Source: Tubiluchus corallicola (taxonomy: Eukaryota; Animalia; Priapulida). From it: DNA of 64,000 nt. Positions 30,993 to 48,347 of this stretch are shown here, piece by piece (position 1 is the stretch's first letter; each line of letters starts with the position of its first letter). The notes under the pieces are model-generated. The model searched no databases. It had not been told where the DNA came from and saw only the letters and a list, made by a program, of their open reading frames with translations. Made by a program: the position numbers and the translations under genes. The DNA lies in contig JAQGDQ010000968.1 of NCBI GenBank assembly GCA_030141605.1, forward strand, positions 10,747 to 74,746, in the 5' to 3' direction.

Positions 30993-32246
30993 TAGTTCAT
31001 TACAGTTTGCGCAGACAGCAAACTTGGAAAAACTTCATCAAAATTTCCAACTGAAATTACCCAAAAAATTTCTTTTTGTGCCTGGAAAATTTGTGCTTTT
31101 AGACATGAATAAAGACGTCAGCTTTGCAGACGACAGCACTGGCTTCATTCTGGATCATCGATGCGATACCAACGGAAACGATTAAGATACGGTTACCATG
31201 ACAACCAGATGCAAAGAGCAATCATAAGGAAATTGGTACATTTTCAGAACAGCAAAATGGAAAATTCTACTATGAATGGTTATTTATAAACATGAAAATT
31301 TAGCAAAAAAGGATTTGGGGAAAATGTCCGTCTTTTACATGTCTTCTTGCCAGCAAGCTTCATACAGGCGGCTAAGTAAGCTTCACCGTAAGCTTGTTCA
31401 GGAACTTTGAACACATGACCGACTGTGATTACTAATAAATTAAGACCTATCAGAAATACTACTAATATTAAAAATCGAGGACCTTAAAAGGAAAACCGGA
31501 CGATTGTGTAGATATTAGTTCAAAGTAAAGTATGCTCTAAAATATTGAAAACTACGAGAGGTTTTTTATGTCAAAATTTAGAATAAAGAATAATTACCTC
31601 GTATAGTTAGACTTTTTGTTAAACTTTCAAAGATGCGGCGAATCCACAAAGTCTGGCAATGATGCTTTGTGACATTCGCATAGCTGACAAATAGGTGCAG
31701 TACCATGATAAGCATGATCATGAATGGCAGTGTCACGTAGAGCTCATTTTCGTGACATCGCATCAGCGTCTTATAGCAACCTTCACTTACGCAAACATGC
31801 TTGAAGCACAGGGAAGATGCCTACCATTGCAGAAACTGTAGTTAGTTTGTGACATAAACAATAGCTGTGTTCGGTTGCCGCTAATTAACTTTCAATGGTA
31901 ATTATTCAAATATTAGAAACAATTGCTAACTTTTATAAGCAAGAAAATGTATATTTTGAACAGAAAGTTCGAATTAGAATGAGTCTAATCAATCGTCCGA
32001 TTTTGCTTTACGCTATCTTTGGGATCACAGGCTCCTAAAGTGCTTCCTGTGCTCAGTGATCAGCTATGATTCATGCATTTTATATCAGTTAGTGCTCTTA
32101 CATTGACTGCTTTCAGTCCCACTTCAGCTAAAACACAATAAATTACAAATATACAAGTTCCGAATATTACTACACTACCTAGGTGCCATGGTGTGAACGT
32201 GTTACTCAAATGCATAACTATTATAGCCTAACAATATAATTTACCC

Positions 32247-33827
<1,581 letters not shown>

Positions 33828-34093
33828 ATCCTTGACAAAGCGCGTACCGGATAGATGGGCTCAAGTACAGTAAAACTAAAGTAACTGGCGCCCATCTACT
33901 CGTACTGAAGGAAACACATGACTGTAAAACCAGCCATTGATTATATATAATATTTATTGACAATTTACAAGCCATGCAATTACAATTACAACTTACAAAA
34001 CATTACATAAACAGTGCAGTACATTACAATGAAGAAGAAACTACAAAGACTAAACTCCACACACGGGTATAATCGTCAACACAATAAAACACA

Positions 34094-34218
<125 letters not shown>

Positions 34219-34234
34219 CGTAGTAGTAGTAGTC

Positions 34235-34342
<108 letters not shown>

Positions 34343-35672
34343 AACAGTATTAAATTTTACAGTGGTTAAATATATCAATTATATTATATTATGTAAGTTA
34401 TTTACAAAGTTTAGAACACAAAGAATTTTATAATTGCAATTACATCTTCCAACAAGTTTATACTGTAGAACCTAGTATTATATTATAGTTACATTTTACA
34501 AAATGGTAGCATACATTTAAATGAAGCGTTAGAATTATTGTATAAAATGAAGATCTTACACTATTAAATAGAACAACAGGTAAGCTCAATTTTGTAAATT
34601 TCGTTTCATAAAACCATCAGTAATATATCTTGATTCTAAGTTTTTCATTTCAAAATCACTACCCCTTAAGAGCAAAAGAAGTTTAGGTAGATTAATAAAA
34701 GCAGGAAAAATTTTTTGCAATAGAGCTGAATAAATTTAACCGTAAATTGTAGTAATTTTTACAGTCAAGTACAAAATGCATTTCATCTTCAATTTTTCCT
34801 TCATTGCAACATTTACATATTCGATTGTTAACAGGTACATTTGGTAAACAATGTCGGCTTTTTTCTATATACAAGTTGTGAGAACTGATATGCAGTTTAG
34901 TAAAGTTTGATCTTAGTACATGATTATATATGAAAAGAAGATACTCTTCGACTTCGAATCCTTTTTTAAATTTTGAATAGGTCCGTAGTTTATTAGTTTC
35001 ACCTGTTTTGCCGGTTTCTTTTGTAACACATTCCTTCCAGTAAATCTTATAATATGAGTGTAGTTTCTCCTTTAAAGCATGTAGAAAAGATTTGGTTTTA
35101 TCGACCCCCTGCTGTTCCCAAATACGAGAAAAGCCCAAATGACGTAAAACGTTCCTTACAAATTGTAACCAACATCCCATATTTTGGTTAAGAATACCGT
35201 AGGTTTGGTACATAAATGTATTTTGTAGGGAGTTCAGTATTTTAAGCCAGAATTTTATTGTCTTATTATAAAGTCTACTTATAGAGGGAAGCGACCCAGC
35301 TCTCCCCTGACCGCGTGATTAACTGAAAATTTATTGATGGTAAGAACAAATTTACACAACTATACATTAGGTAATTCCATAGGTAAATCATCGTATATAT
35401 TTTCAACTGTAATTTCATTATTTTTTTGATATTTTCCTACTATTAAACGAGAAGAGGGAACAACACTCTGAACCATATAATGTGATTGGTTTTATTAAAC
35501 TATCAAATAAGTGCATTAATATTTTACAGCTTACATTATCCGCTCAGAATTTTTGCTTGAATTTGAAAAAAAGCTTTTCTTGCTTTATTGCATAATTCTT
35601 CTTTTGCTTTAGTAAATGACATGACTGCATTAAAGATTAAAGATTAAAAAAACAGCGTCACTCAATGATCAT

Positions 35673-36032
35673 TAGGGGTGAGCATTATTACCAGAAAGCG
35701 AATTCGAATCGAACCGAATTTGTGACTGTCGAATTTGAATCGAACCGAACTTCAGTGTTTCGAATTCGAACCGAATTCGAATTGAGATTGAAAGATTTTC
35801 GAACAAGTTTTCGAACCACCAGCAAAAATTAATCTTTCAAAGATCATGCATATCACTAGATTTTGTTCTGCAATAAAACGACTAGTAATTTGTTTAAAAT
35901 TGTGCGCAGAAATCACAGCTAAATTATGCTAACTGCATGATGTTTCAATCGTTTTAGTGATAAAGAACATGTGTGATTGAAGTGCACAAGTGATTGATGT
36001 GATCGAACTCGAACGTTCAATGCTCACCCCTA
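35673..36032. mobile_element. hAT-like MITE (mirror of 40454-40813)
   Basis: taggggtgagcatt TIRs, reverse complement of the copy in the right arm. Confidence 0.85.
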
Positions 36033-37362
36033 ATGATCGTGGACCGTGCTGTAAGACATCTTGTCGCTATTGAGGCAGGCTAAGATCGACAAACTTTTCT
36101 GGGTTGTGCTGGCAGATTAATTACATAATTGCATAATGCACTCTGTTGTGCAACTATAGGGTGTAATGCCACTGTTTTCTTTGGAGTATGGTACACAACA
36201 GAACAGAACAATTATTCGTGTCATCAAAGCAGACTAAACAATTAATCGCAAAAATTCATAAAAAAATATTGTTCTAATATTTTGTGAGAAAGCTTAGCAC
36301 AGCTCGCATGGCATTTAAAGGACAAGAAAGGGGAGACCTGAAGTAGGCTTCAGAAAAATCGCCTTAAAAATTATATTACTTGTAGCAATTTTATGCATGT
36401 TTCATAATCACTTTGAAAGGATCTTTTGTTTGTTTTCATTTTAAGTTTCCCGCAATACTGTTCTGACAGAGCCATTACATGACGTCATATATGCACAACG
36501 TAAATCTGGAAAAGAAAAGGAAATGTTAAGTTATGTCCCAAAAAACTTTTCATGCAAAGTTACTTAGCATTTTGCTTACATGCTTGAAAGACTTATGTAA
36601 CTAGAAACGAAAAGTATTAGCTATTTAAAATGTTTTCACCAATTGGTAAAATGTCATTGACTCACCTCCAGGGTGCACCACTCACGGACCAAAAAACGTA
36701 TTTTTAATCTTATTGACAACTTGCAGTAATTTAAAATTTATTTTAGTTAATTGGTGACATGTGCAGTACAAAAGCTCTGATTATTTTTTCAGACTTTACT
36801 CAGTGTTATTTGATCTTGTTTCAATTGACTTATCGTCAAAATGGCTGCATCTAGCAGTCATCACAGGAGCTTAAATTAACAAGTTTTATACAGGATTGCT
36901 GTCGACCCAAGTCCTGTATGCAAAAAGACAACATGTAAAGGATGTAAAATTTCCAAGTCTATGTTTCAAGCTTGATGTAGGTTTTCTTGTGCTTTTTAAA
37001 CAAGAGAGAAATATGATTAAAGTATCATCTCGAAAACCCCAAGGTTGATTTTTTTTCTTCAAACTGAATGGCACAGAAATTCTTCTGACTTCCACCCAAT
37101 CAAAGACATTTTGAAAAACAACTTTAGTGGAAACTAAATTGGCCTAAGAATTTGCCATTGGTATAGGTATAAAGTTTTTATTTCTGATTCTTCTCCATCT
37201 ATGATATATGCAACCTGTCATAATATCATGATCACTATTATACGTTTCATACATTATATAATATTATACGTTATTATTATATGATATTATATATCCCATA
37301 AACATATTTCGTTTTCATATTATACTATAAATCTGTATTTCCAAATAAATAAATCGTTAGCA

Positions 37363-37400
<38 letters not shown>

Positions 37401-37648
37401 AGACAGAATAATTTAATATGTCTACTAGTATCTTGACTATTTTCTTGTCATTTAACGCCATTTTGAAGCAATGGAAAAGTGTGCGTGTGTGTGTGTGTGT
37501 GTATCATGGTTTCCAGGAAGTTAATAAACGAAACGAGTTGAACTGAATTTGTTTTTGAATTCCTTGTTGAATTCGTATTCTAAACCACGCGCAACGCGTT
37601 TCTTCTTGCATAGTAGATTTTTGTTGTTTTTGCTGGAATTAAGAAGAA

Positions 37649-37745
37649 ATGTCTGCAGCAAATACTGACTTTTATCTTCGTTATTATGTCGGACATAAAG
37701 GAAAGTTTGGGCACGAGTTTTTGGAGTTTGAATTTAGGCCAGATG
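37649..37745 (+). other. Duplicate of mago nashi coding exon 1 in the left arm, running into the gap
   Basis: ATG TCT GCA GCA AAT ACT GAC TTT TAT ... CCA GAT G|gtaggt. Confidence 0.85.
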
Positions 37746-37899
37746 GTAGGTTTTTGACAGTCTATACTATAGTTTCCTTCTGAATCAACTAATGAAATAT
37801 TAATTATTATTATTATTAATTATGTTGAACTACTGTTTTCTCAAGTAATACTAATAGCCTAAGCGTAGCGAGGCAGCACTTTACTCAGTGTCTGAGTTA

Positions 37900-38586
37900 N
37901 NNNNNNNNNNNNNNNNNNNNNNNNNNNNNNNNNNNNNNNNNNNNNNNNNNNNNNNNNNNNNNNNNNNNNNNNNNNNNNNNNNNNNNNNNNNNNNNNNNNN
38001 NNNNNNNNNNNNNNNNNNNNNNNNNNNNNNNNNNNNNNNNNNNNNNNNNNNNNNNNNNNNNNNNNNNNNNNNNNNNNNNNNNNNNNNNNNNNNNNNNNNN
38101 NNNNNNNNNNNNNNNNNNNNNNNNNNNNNNNNNNNNNNNNNNNNNNNNNNNNNNNNNNNNNNNNNNNNNNNNNNNNNNNNNNNNNNNNNNNNNNNNNNNN
38201 NNNNNNNNNNNNNNNNNNNNNNNNNNNNNNNNNNNNNNNNNNNNNNNNNNNNNNNNNNNNNNNNNNNNNNNNNNNNNNNNNNNNNNNNNNNNNNNNNNNN
38301 NNNNNNNNNNNNNNNNNNNNNNNNNNNNNNNNNNNNNNNNNNNNNNNNNNNNNNNNNNNNNNNNNNNNNNNNNNNNNNNNNNNNNNNNNNNNNNNNNNNN
38401 NNNNNNNNNNNNNNNNNNNNNNNNNNNNNNNNNNNNNNNNNNNNNNNNNNNNNNNNNNNNNNNNNNNNNNNNNNNNNNNNNNNNNNNNNNNNNNNNNNNN
38501 NNNNNNNNNNNNNNNNNNNNNNNNNNNNNNNNNNNNNNNNNNNNNNNNNNNNNNNNNNNNNNNNNNNNNNNNNNNNNNNNNNNNNN
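37900..38586. other. Assembly gap (687 N)
   Basis: Run of N. Confidence 1.
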
Positions 38587-38740
38587 TAACTCAGACACTG
38601 AGTAAAGTGCTGCCTCGCTACGCTTAGGCTATTAGTATTACTTGAGAAAACAGTAGTTCAACATAATTAATAATAATAATAATTAATATTTCATTAGTTG
38701 ATTCAGAAGGAAACTATAGTATAGACTGTCAAAAACCTAC

Positions 38741-38837
38741 CATCTGGCCTAAATTCAAACTCCAAAAACTCGTGCCCAAACTTTCCTTTATGTCCGACAT
38801 AATAACGAAGATAAAAGTCAGTATTTGCTGCAGACAT
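38741..38837 (-). other. Duplicate of mago nashi coding exon 1 in the right arm, running into the gap
   Basis: Mirror of 37649-37745 and the same exon as 24403-24499. Confidence 0.85.
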
Positions 38838-39085
38838 TTCTTCTTAATTCCAGCAAAAACAACAAAAATCTACTATGCAAGAAGAAACGCGTTGCGCGTG
38901 GTTTAGAATACGAATTCAACAAGGAATTCAAAAACAAATTCAGTTCAACTCGTTTCGTTTATTAACTTCCTGGAAACCATGATACACACACACACACACA
39001 CGCACACTTTTCCATTGCTTCAAAATGGCGTTAAATGACAAGAAAATAGTCAAGATACTAGTAGACATATTAAATTATTCTGTCT

Positions 39086-39123
<38 letters not shown>

Positions 39124-40453
39124 TGCTAACGATTTATTTATTTGGAAATACAGATTTATAGTATAATATGAAAACGAAATATGTTTATGGGATATATAAT
39201 ATCATATAATAATAACGTATAATATTATATAATGTATGAAACGTATAATAGTGATCATGATATTATGACAGGTTGCATATATCATAGATGGAGAAGAATC
39301 AGAAATAAAAACTTTATACCTATACCAATGGCAAATTCTTAGGCCAATTTAGTTTCCACTAAAGTTGTTTTTCAAAATGTCTTTGATTGGGTGGAAGTCA
39401 GAAGAATTTCTGTGCCATTCAGTTTGAAGAAAAAAAATCAACCTTGGGGTTTTCGAGATGATACTTTAATCATATTTCTCTCTTGTTTAAAAAGCACAAG
39501 AAAACCTACATCAAGCTTGAAACATAGACTTGGAAATTTTACATCCTTTACATGTTGTCTTTTTGCATACAGGACTTGGGTCGACAGCAATCCTGTATAA
39601 AACTTGTTAATTTAAGCTCCTGTGATGACTGCTAGATGCAGCCATTTTGACGATAAGTCAATTGAAACAAGATCAAATAACACTGAGTAAAGTCTGAAAA
39701 AATAATCAGAGCTTTTGTACTGCACATGTCACCAATTAACTAAAATAAATTTTAAATTACTGCAAGTTGTCAATAAGATTAAAAATACGTTTTTTGGTCC
39801 GTGAGTGGTGCACCCTGGAGGTGAGTCAATGACATTTTACCAATTGGTGAAAACATTTTAAATAGCTAATACTTTTCGTTTCTAGTTACATAAGTCTTTC
39901 AAGCATGTAAGCAAAATGCTAAGTAACTTTGCATGAAAAGTTTTTTGGGACATAACTTAACATTTCCTTTTCTTTTCCAGATTTACGTTGTGCATATATG
40001 ACGTCATGTAATGGCTCTGTCAGAACAGTATTGCGGGAAACTTAAAATGAAAACAAACAAAAGATCCTTTCAAAGTGATTATGAAACATGCATAAAATTG
40101 CTACAAGTAATATAATTTTTAAGGCGATTTTTCTGAAGCCTACTTCAGGTCTCCCCTTTCTTGTCCTTTAAATGCCATGCGAGCTGTGCTAAGCTTTCTC
40201 ACAAAATATTAGAACAATATTTTTTTATGAATTTTTGCGATTAATTGTTTAGTCTGCTTTGATGACACGAATAATTGTTCTGTTCTGTTGTGTACCATAC
40301 TCCAAAGAAAACAGTGGCATTACACCCTATAGTTGCACAACAGAGTGCATTATGCAATTATGTAATTAATCTGCCAGCACAACCCAGAAAAGTTTGTCGA
40401 TCTTAGCCTGCCTCAATAGCGACAAGATGTCTTACAGCACGGTCCACGATCAT

Positions 40454-40813
40454 TAGGGGTGAGCATTGAACGTTCGAGTTCGATCACATCAATCACTTGT
40501 GCACTTCAATCACACATGTTCTTTATCACTAAAACGATTGAAACATCATGCAGTTAGCATAATTTAGCTGTGATTTCTGCGCACAATTTTAAACAAATTA
40601 CTAGTCGTTTTATTGCAGAACAAAATCTAGTGATATGCATGATCTTTGAAAGATTAATTTTTGCTGGTGGTTCGAAAACTTGTTCGAAAATCTTTCAATC
40701 TCAATTCGAATTCGGTTCGAATTCGAAACACTGAAGTTCGGTTCGATTCAAATTCGACAGTCACAAATTCGGTTCGATTCGAATTCGCTTTCTGGTAATA
40801 ATGCTCACCCCTA
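40454..40813. mobile_element. 360-bp hAT-like MITE, absent from the homologous site in copy A
   Basis: 14-bp TIR taggggtgagcatt/aatgctcaccccta, 8-bp flanks acgatcat/atgatcat, many TTCGAA/GTTCGA subterminal motifs. The empty site ccacgatcattgagtg is at ~26176-26191. Confidence 0.9.
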
Positions 40814-42143
40814 ATGATCATTGAGTGACGCTGTTTTTTTAATCTTTAATCTTTAATGCAGTCATGTCATTTACTAAAGCAAAAGAAGAATTATGCAATA
40901 AAGCAAGAAAAGCTTTTTTTCAAATTCAAGCAAAAATTCTGAGCGGATAATGTAAGCTGTAAAATATTAATGCACTTATTTGATAGTTTAATAAAACCAA
41001 TCACATTATATGGTTCAGAGTGTTGTTCCCTCTTCTCGTTTAATAGTAGGAAAATATCAAAAAAATAATGAAATTACAGTTGAAAATATATACGATGATT
41101 TACCTATGGAATTACCTAATGTATAGTTGTGTAAATTTGTTCTTACCATCAATAAATTTTCAGTTAATCACGCGGTCAGGGGAGAGCTGGGTCGCTTCCC
41201 TCTATAAGTAGACTTTATAATAAGACAATAAAATTCTGGCTTAAAATACTGAACTCCCTACAAAATACATTTATGTACCAAACCTACGGTATTCTTAACC
41301 AAAATATGGGATGTTGGTTACAATTTGTAAGGAACGTTTTACGTCATTTGGGCTTTTCTCGTATTTGGGAACAGCAGGGGGTCGATAAAACCAAATCTTT
41401 TCTACATGCTTTAAAGGAGAAACTACACTCATATTATAAGATTTACTGGAAGGAATGTGTTACAAAAGAAACCGGCAAAACAGGTGAAACTAATAAACTA
41501 CGGACCTATTCAAAATTTAAAAAAGGATTCGAAGTCGAAGAGTATCTTCTTTTCATATATAATCATGTACTAAGATCAAACTTTACTAAACTGCATATCA
41601 GTTCTCACAACTTGTATATAGAAAAAAGCCGACATTGTTTACCAAATGTACCTGTTAACAATCGAATATGTAAATGTTGCAATGAAGGAAAAATTGAAGA
41701 TGAAATGCATTTTGTACTTGACTGTAAAAATTACTACAATTTACGGTTAAATTTATTCAGCTCTATTGCAAAAAATTTTTCCTGCTTTTATTAATCTACC
41801 TAAACTTCTTTTGCTCTTAAGGGGTAGTGATTTTGAAATGAAAAACTTAGAATCAAGATATATTACTGATGGTTTTATGAAACGAAATTTACAAAATTGA
41901 GCTTACCTGTTGTTCTATTTAATAGTGTAAGATCTTCATTTTATACAATAATTCTAACGCTTCATTTAAATGTATGCTACCATTTTGTAAAATGTAACTA
42001 TAATATAATACTAGGTTCTACAGTATAAACTTGTTGGAAGATGTAATTGCAATTATAAAATTCTTTGTGTTCTAAACTTTGTAAATAACTTACATAATAT
42101 AATATAATTGATATATTTAACCACTGTAAAATTTAATACTGTT

Positions 42144-42251
<108 letters not shown>

Positions 42252-42282
42252 GACGACTACTACTACGACTACTACTACTACG

Positions 42283-42392
<110 letters not shown>

Positions 42393-42658
42393 TGTGTTTT
42401 ATTGTGTTGACGATTATACCCGTGTGTGGAGTTTAGTCTTTGTAGTTTCTTCTTCATTGTAATGTACTGCACTGTTTATGTAATGTTTTGTAAGTTGTAA
42501 TTGTAATTGCATGGCTTGTAAATTGTCAATAAATATTATATATAATCAATGGCTGGTTTTACAGTCATGTGTTTCCTTCAGTACGAGTAGATGGGCGCCA
42601 GTTACTTTAGTTTTACTGTACTTGAGCCCATCTATCCGGTACGCGCTTTGTCAAGGAT

Positions 42659-44239
<1,581 letters not shown>

Positions 44240-47200
44240 GGGTAAATTATATTGTTAGGCTATAATAGTTATGCATTTGAGTAACACGTTCACACCATGG
44301 CACCTAGGTAGTGTAGTAATATTCGGAACTTGTATATTTGTAATTTATTGTGTTTTAGCTGAAGTGGGACTGAAAGCAGTCAATGTAAGAGCACTAACTG
44401 ATATAAAATGCATGAATCATAGCTGATCACTGAGCACAGGAAGCACTTTAGGAGCCTGTGATCCCAAAGATAGCGTAAAGCAAAATCGGACGATTGATTA
44501 GACTCATTCTAATTCGAACTTTCTGTTCAAAATATACATTTTCTTGCTTATAAAAGTTAGCAATTGTTTCTAATATTTGAATAATTACCATTGAAAGTTA
44601 ATTAGCGGCAACCGAACACAGCTATTGTTTATGTCACAAACTAACTACAGTTTCTGCAATGGTAGGCATCTTCCCTGTGCTTCAAGCATGTTTGCGTAAG
44701 TGAAGGTTGCTATAAGACGCTGATGCGATGTCACGAAAATGAGCTCTACGTGACACTGCCATTCATGATCATGCTTATCATGGTACTGCACCTATTTGTC
44801 AGCTATGCGAATGTCACAAAGCATCATTGCCAGACTTTGTGGATTCGCCGCATCTTTGAAAGTTTAACAAAAAGTCTAACTATACGAGGTAATTATTCTT
44901 TATTCTAAATTTTGACATAAAAAACCTCTCGTAGTTTTCAATATTTTAGAGCATACTTTACTTTGAACTAATATCTACACAATCGTCCGGTTTTCCTTTT
45001 AAGGTCCTCGATTTTTAATATTAGTAGTATTTCTGATAGGTCTTAATTTATTAGTAATCACAGTCGGTCATGTGTTCAAAGTTCCTGAACAAGCTTACGG
45101 TGAAGCTTACTTAGCCGCCTGTATGAAGCTTGCTGGCAAGAAGACATGTAAAAGACGGACATTTTCCCCAAATCCTTTTTTGCTAAATTTTCATGTTTAT
45201 AAATAACCATTCATAGTAGAATTTTCCATTTTGCTGTTCTGAAAATGTACCAATTTCCTTATGATTGCTCTTTGCATCTGGTTGTCATGGTAACCGTATC
45301 TTAATCGTTTCCGTTGGTATCGCATCGATGATCCAGAATGAAGCCAGTGCTGTCGTCTGCAAAGCTGACGTCTTTATTCATGTCTAAAAGCACAAATTTT
45401 CCAGGCACAAAAAGAAATTTTTTGGGTAATTTCAGTTGGAAATTTTGATGAAGTTTTTCCAAGTTTGCTGTCTGCGCAAACTGTAATGAACTACAGTCAA
45501 CCTCGGGTATAAGGTACTCGCTTATAAGGGGCATTCGCTTTTAAGGGACGATATCTTCAGGTCCCGCGTAATAGAAACCCAGGTAAATTACCTCGTATAT
45601 AAGGGACCCTATGATCAAAGCGAAATTGATCGATTTTTAACCTCAGTTTTTCGTAAACTTTTGCAGTTTTACAGAAACGTACAAGTCTAAATACACCCTC
45701 GGTCTGACTCCACTTCGGCTATAAGGGACGATTTTTTCCGATTCCGGAGGTGTCCCTTATATACGAGGTTGAATGTACAATTTTGACAAGTCCGAAGTTT
45801 CTGGCAACTAATAAACACTTTATCTTCTGTACATGCCTGCGGTCACCTGTGAGACAGTTAGCAGTCACTTGCTATTACATAATGGAAGTCGTGAAAAAAT
45901 ATTAGAGGTACATGGGCTCTTTTCTGTGAGATGTAAGTCGTTCAATAGTCCTACACCCATAATGAAGGTATACACAACAGTTTTGGTATTAATAAATATT
46001 TGCATCGCAGGAAAAACGCTTTATCGAGGCGCAGTGGCGGTCAGTGCGATTTTTAACTAATCCTAAGCAGTGCGTAGATGAGACTACATTTGTGGTGTTT
46101 CAGACAGTGTAAAAGTGAAACTTCACGTGTAGTGCAAGCTTTTCTACCTTCATGTCAACACAATCTTGCAGTAAACTGTTTAAAACAAATCTTTGAAGCG
46201 TTGCTAACACCAGGGATGAGAATTTTCCGCTGATAAGCGGAATTCCGAGTTTTTGGAAGACCAGTAGTGCCATTTTTGTAAATCGCGTAAATTCGTTGAG
46301 AAAATTTTTACCGACCCAGTACATTATTTCACAAGCTGACTGCTAGTTGGCAGGCCGTCACTTTGTTTACATCACGTACATCAGTGTAACCACGTGTATA
46401 TCTCTATGTATAAAAATATAGAATCAATTATGCGGAGTTATTTGAGTCAATTGCAGACAGTTTTTATATACTTTTGCATAGGAGCGGCCAGTACTTAGGC
46501 GTTTTTGAGACAATTAGTTATCATGTATCCTTGATAGTTGAGTATTTTAAATTATACACGAAACAAGGTAACTGATATTTTAAATTTTAAGTCCACTTAG
46601 ACATTCTCTATGACCTACGCGGCCCCAAAACCCCCGGCCTGTTTTTGCAATTTGTCATTCTCATCCCTGACTAACACTTCCTTACCGATACAACAAGAAA
46701 AGAACTCAATGTTTGCTTGTCAAATTTCCAACAAACTTGCTTGTGCTATTATGATTATTATTCCTTCTGCCAAGAGCCTGTTTGTTTTCTCAAACAGTTT
46801 GTCAAAACATGCTACACGTTTTTAGCGCTTTGCAACATTGAATTGATTATAACTCTGTGCGCTTTCAGCGTTTTTGAAAAAAGTTTGGAATCTGTCCAAT
46901 ATTAATAATCGAATATTAAATTGTGTAACCAATGCGTTAAAATGTTCGGTATGTGATATGGTATTCGTGGCACCTTTTTAGGTGTTTGCTCCCCCCTCCC
47001 CCCAATTTTAGAACCTGGCTATGGCACTGTCTATGCTTCTGTGTTTTTGACAGCTTGCTGTTTGGCTCAAATCCAAAGTCCTGGAGCGTTATTAAGTTTG
47101 AACGAGCGCTTAATGTTCTTTGAAGTCTTGCGTACGCAGCGGTCACATTTTAACTACAGGAAACTGAGTGGTTTTAACAATGCATTATTGTTGTACTACT

Positions 47201-47251
47201 GTACGCGATGTATAAGTCATTCTCTGGAAGAGGTGCTGTCATTGTCGTATT

Positions 47252-47640
47252 TATTGTTTGATGGAACTTAAGTACTGACTAGTTAAATTCTATTGTAGTC
47301 TAAGGTTCAATTGTTTAATGGAACTTAAGTACCGTAAATGCCATTGTAGTCTAAGGTTCAATTGTTTGATGGAACTTAAGTTCCGACTAGTTAAATGCCA
47401 TTGTGGTCTAAGGTTCAATTGTTTAATGGAACTTAAGTACCGTAAATGCCATTGTAGTCTAAGGTTCAGTTGTTTGATGGAACTTAAGTACCGACTAGCT
47501 AAATGCCATTGTAGTCTAAGGTTCAATTGTTTGATGGAACTTAAGTACCGACTAGTTAATGCCATTGTAGTCTAAGGTTCAATTGTTTGATGCAACTTAA
47601 GTACCGACTAGTTAAATGCCATTGTAGTCCAAGGTTCAAA
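47252..47640. repeat. Minisatellite, ~57-63-bp unit x ~6
   Basis: Repeated ttgatggaacttaagtaccgactagttaaatgccattgtagtctaaggttcaattgt. Confidence 0.92.
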
Positions 47641-48181
47641 CAGCAACGTTGATTCAATAATTTTGTTAAACGGAAACTCTGATAGCTCTTGCTTTTAAAA
47701 CAGGAAGTTGTAATTCTACTTAAATCTTATCCTTTCGAACATTTTCAGGATGTCTGTCATAAATTCCCCTTGGCTTGTAACATAATTGACAACGCATGTT
47801 TAAAACGTGCATCTCATGACGCTAGCCGGGCAATAAAACCTGTTTAAATTCATATTCTGTTGACTTTAACGTCTAATAAATCGCATTATACGTGTTAGCA
47901 TTTGTAGTTAATTTCAAAGAAACGATTATACATGCATTGTTAGGAATTCTAGTTTAACGTGATGCCTGTTAGCGTAATGCATTAATGTCTCAATGCAATT
48001 TGATTTCAGAATTAGTTTGCTAGACAATGTGCCATTTGGAAAGATCGGTATTTTTTCGATTGTTGATAACAAGTTTGCAAAATGATTAGATAATTCTAGT
48101 ATAACGAGATATAAGGATCTTGAATTTTTTGCTCTGTTACACGGTCTTTGATGTACCTGAGTTATCATTAACAAGCCTTTA

Positions 48182-48347
48182 AAAAGATGGTATGAATTAC
48201 AAGATGTCTTGATCAAAAGATGGTATGTATTACAAGATGTCTTGATCAAAAGATGGTATGAATTACAATATGTCTTTATCAAAAGATGGTATGAATTACA
48301 AGATATCTTGATCAAAAGATGGTATGAATTACAAGATGTCTTGATCA
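48182..48347. repeat. Minisatellite, 33-bp unit x 5
   Basis: Repeated aaagatggtatgaattacaagatgtcttgatca. Confidence 0.92.

Noticed and set aside
37888-38598. 233-aa ORFs of X residues
   Set aside because: Assembly gap of Ns.
37649-38837. Additional mago nashi genes
   Set aside because: Only exon 1 is duplicated on each side of the gap, as part of the suspect palindrome.
47290-47575. Repetitive ORFs on both strands
   Set aside because: Translations of a 57-63-bp minisatellite with no supporting gene structure.
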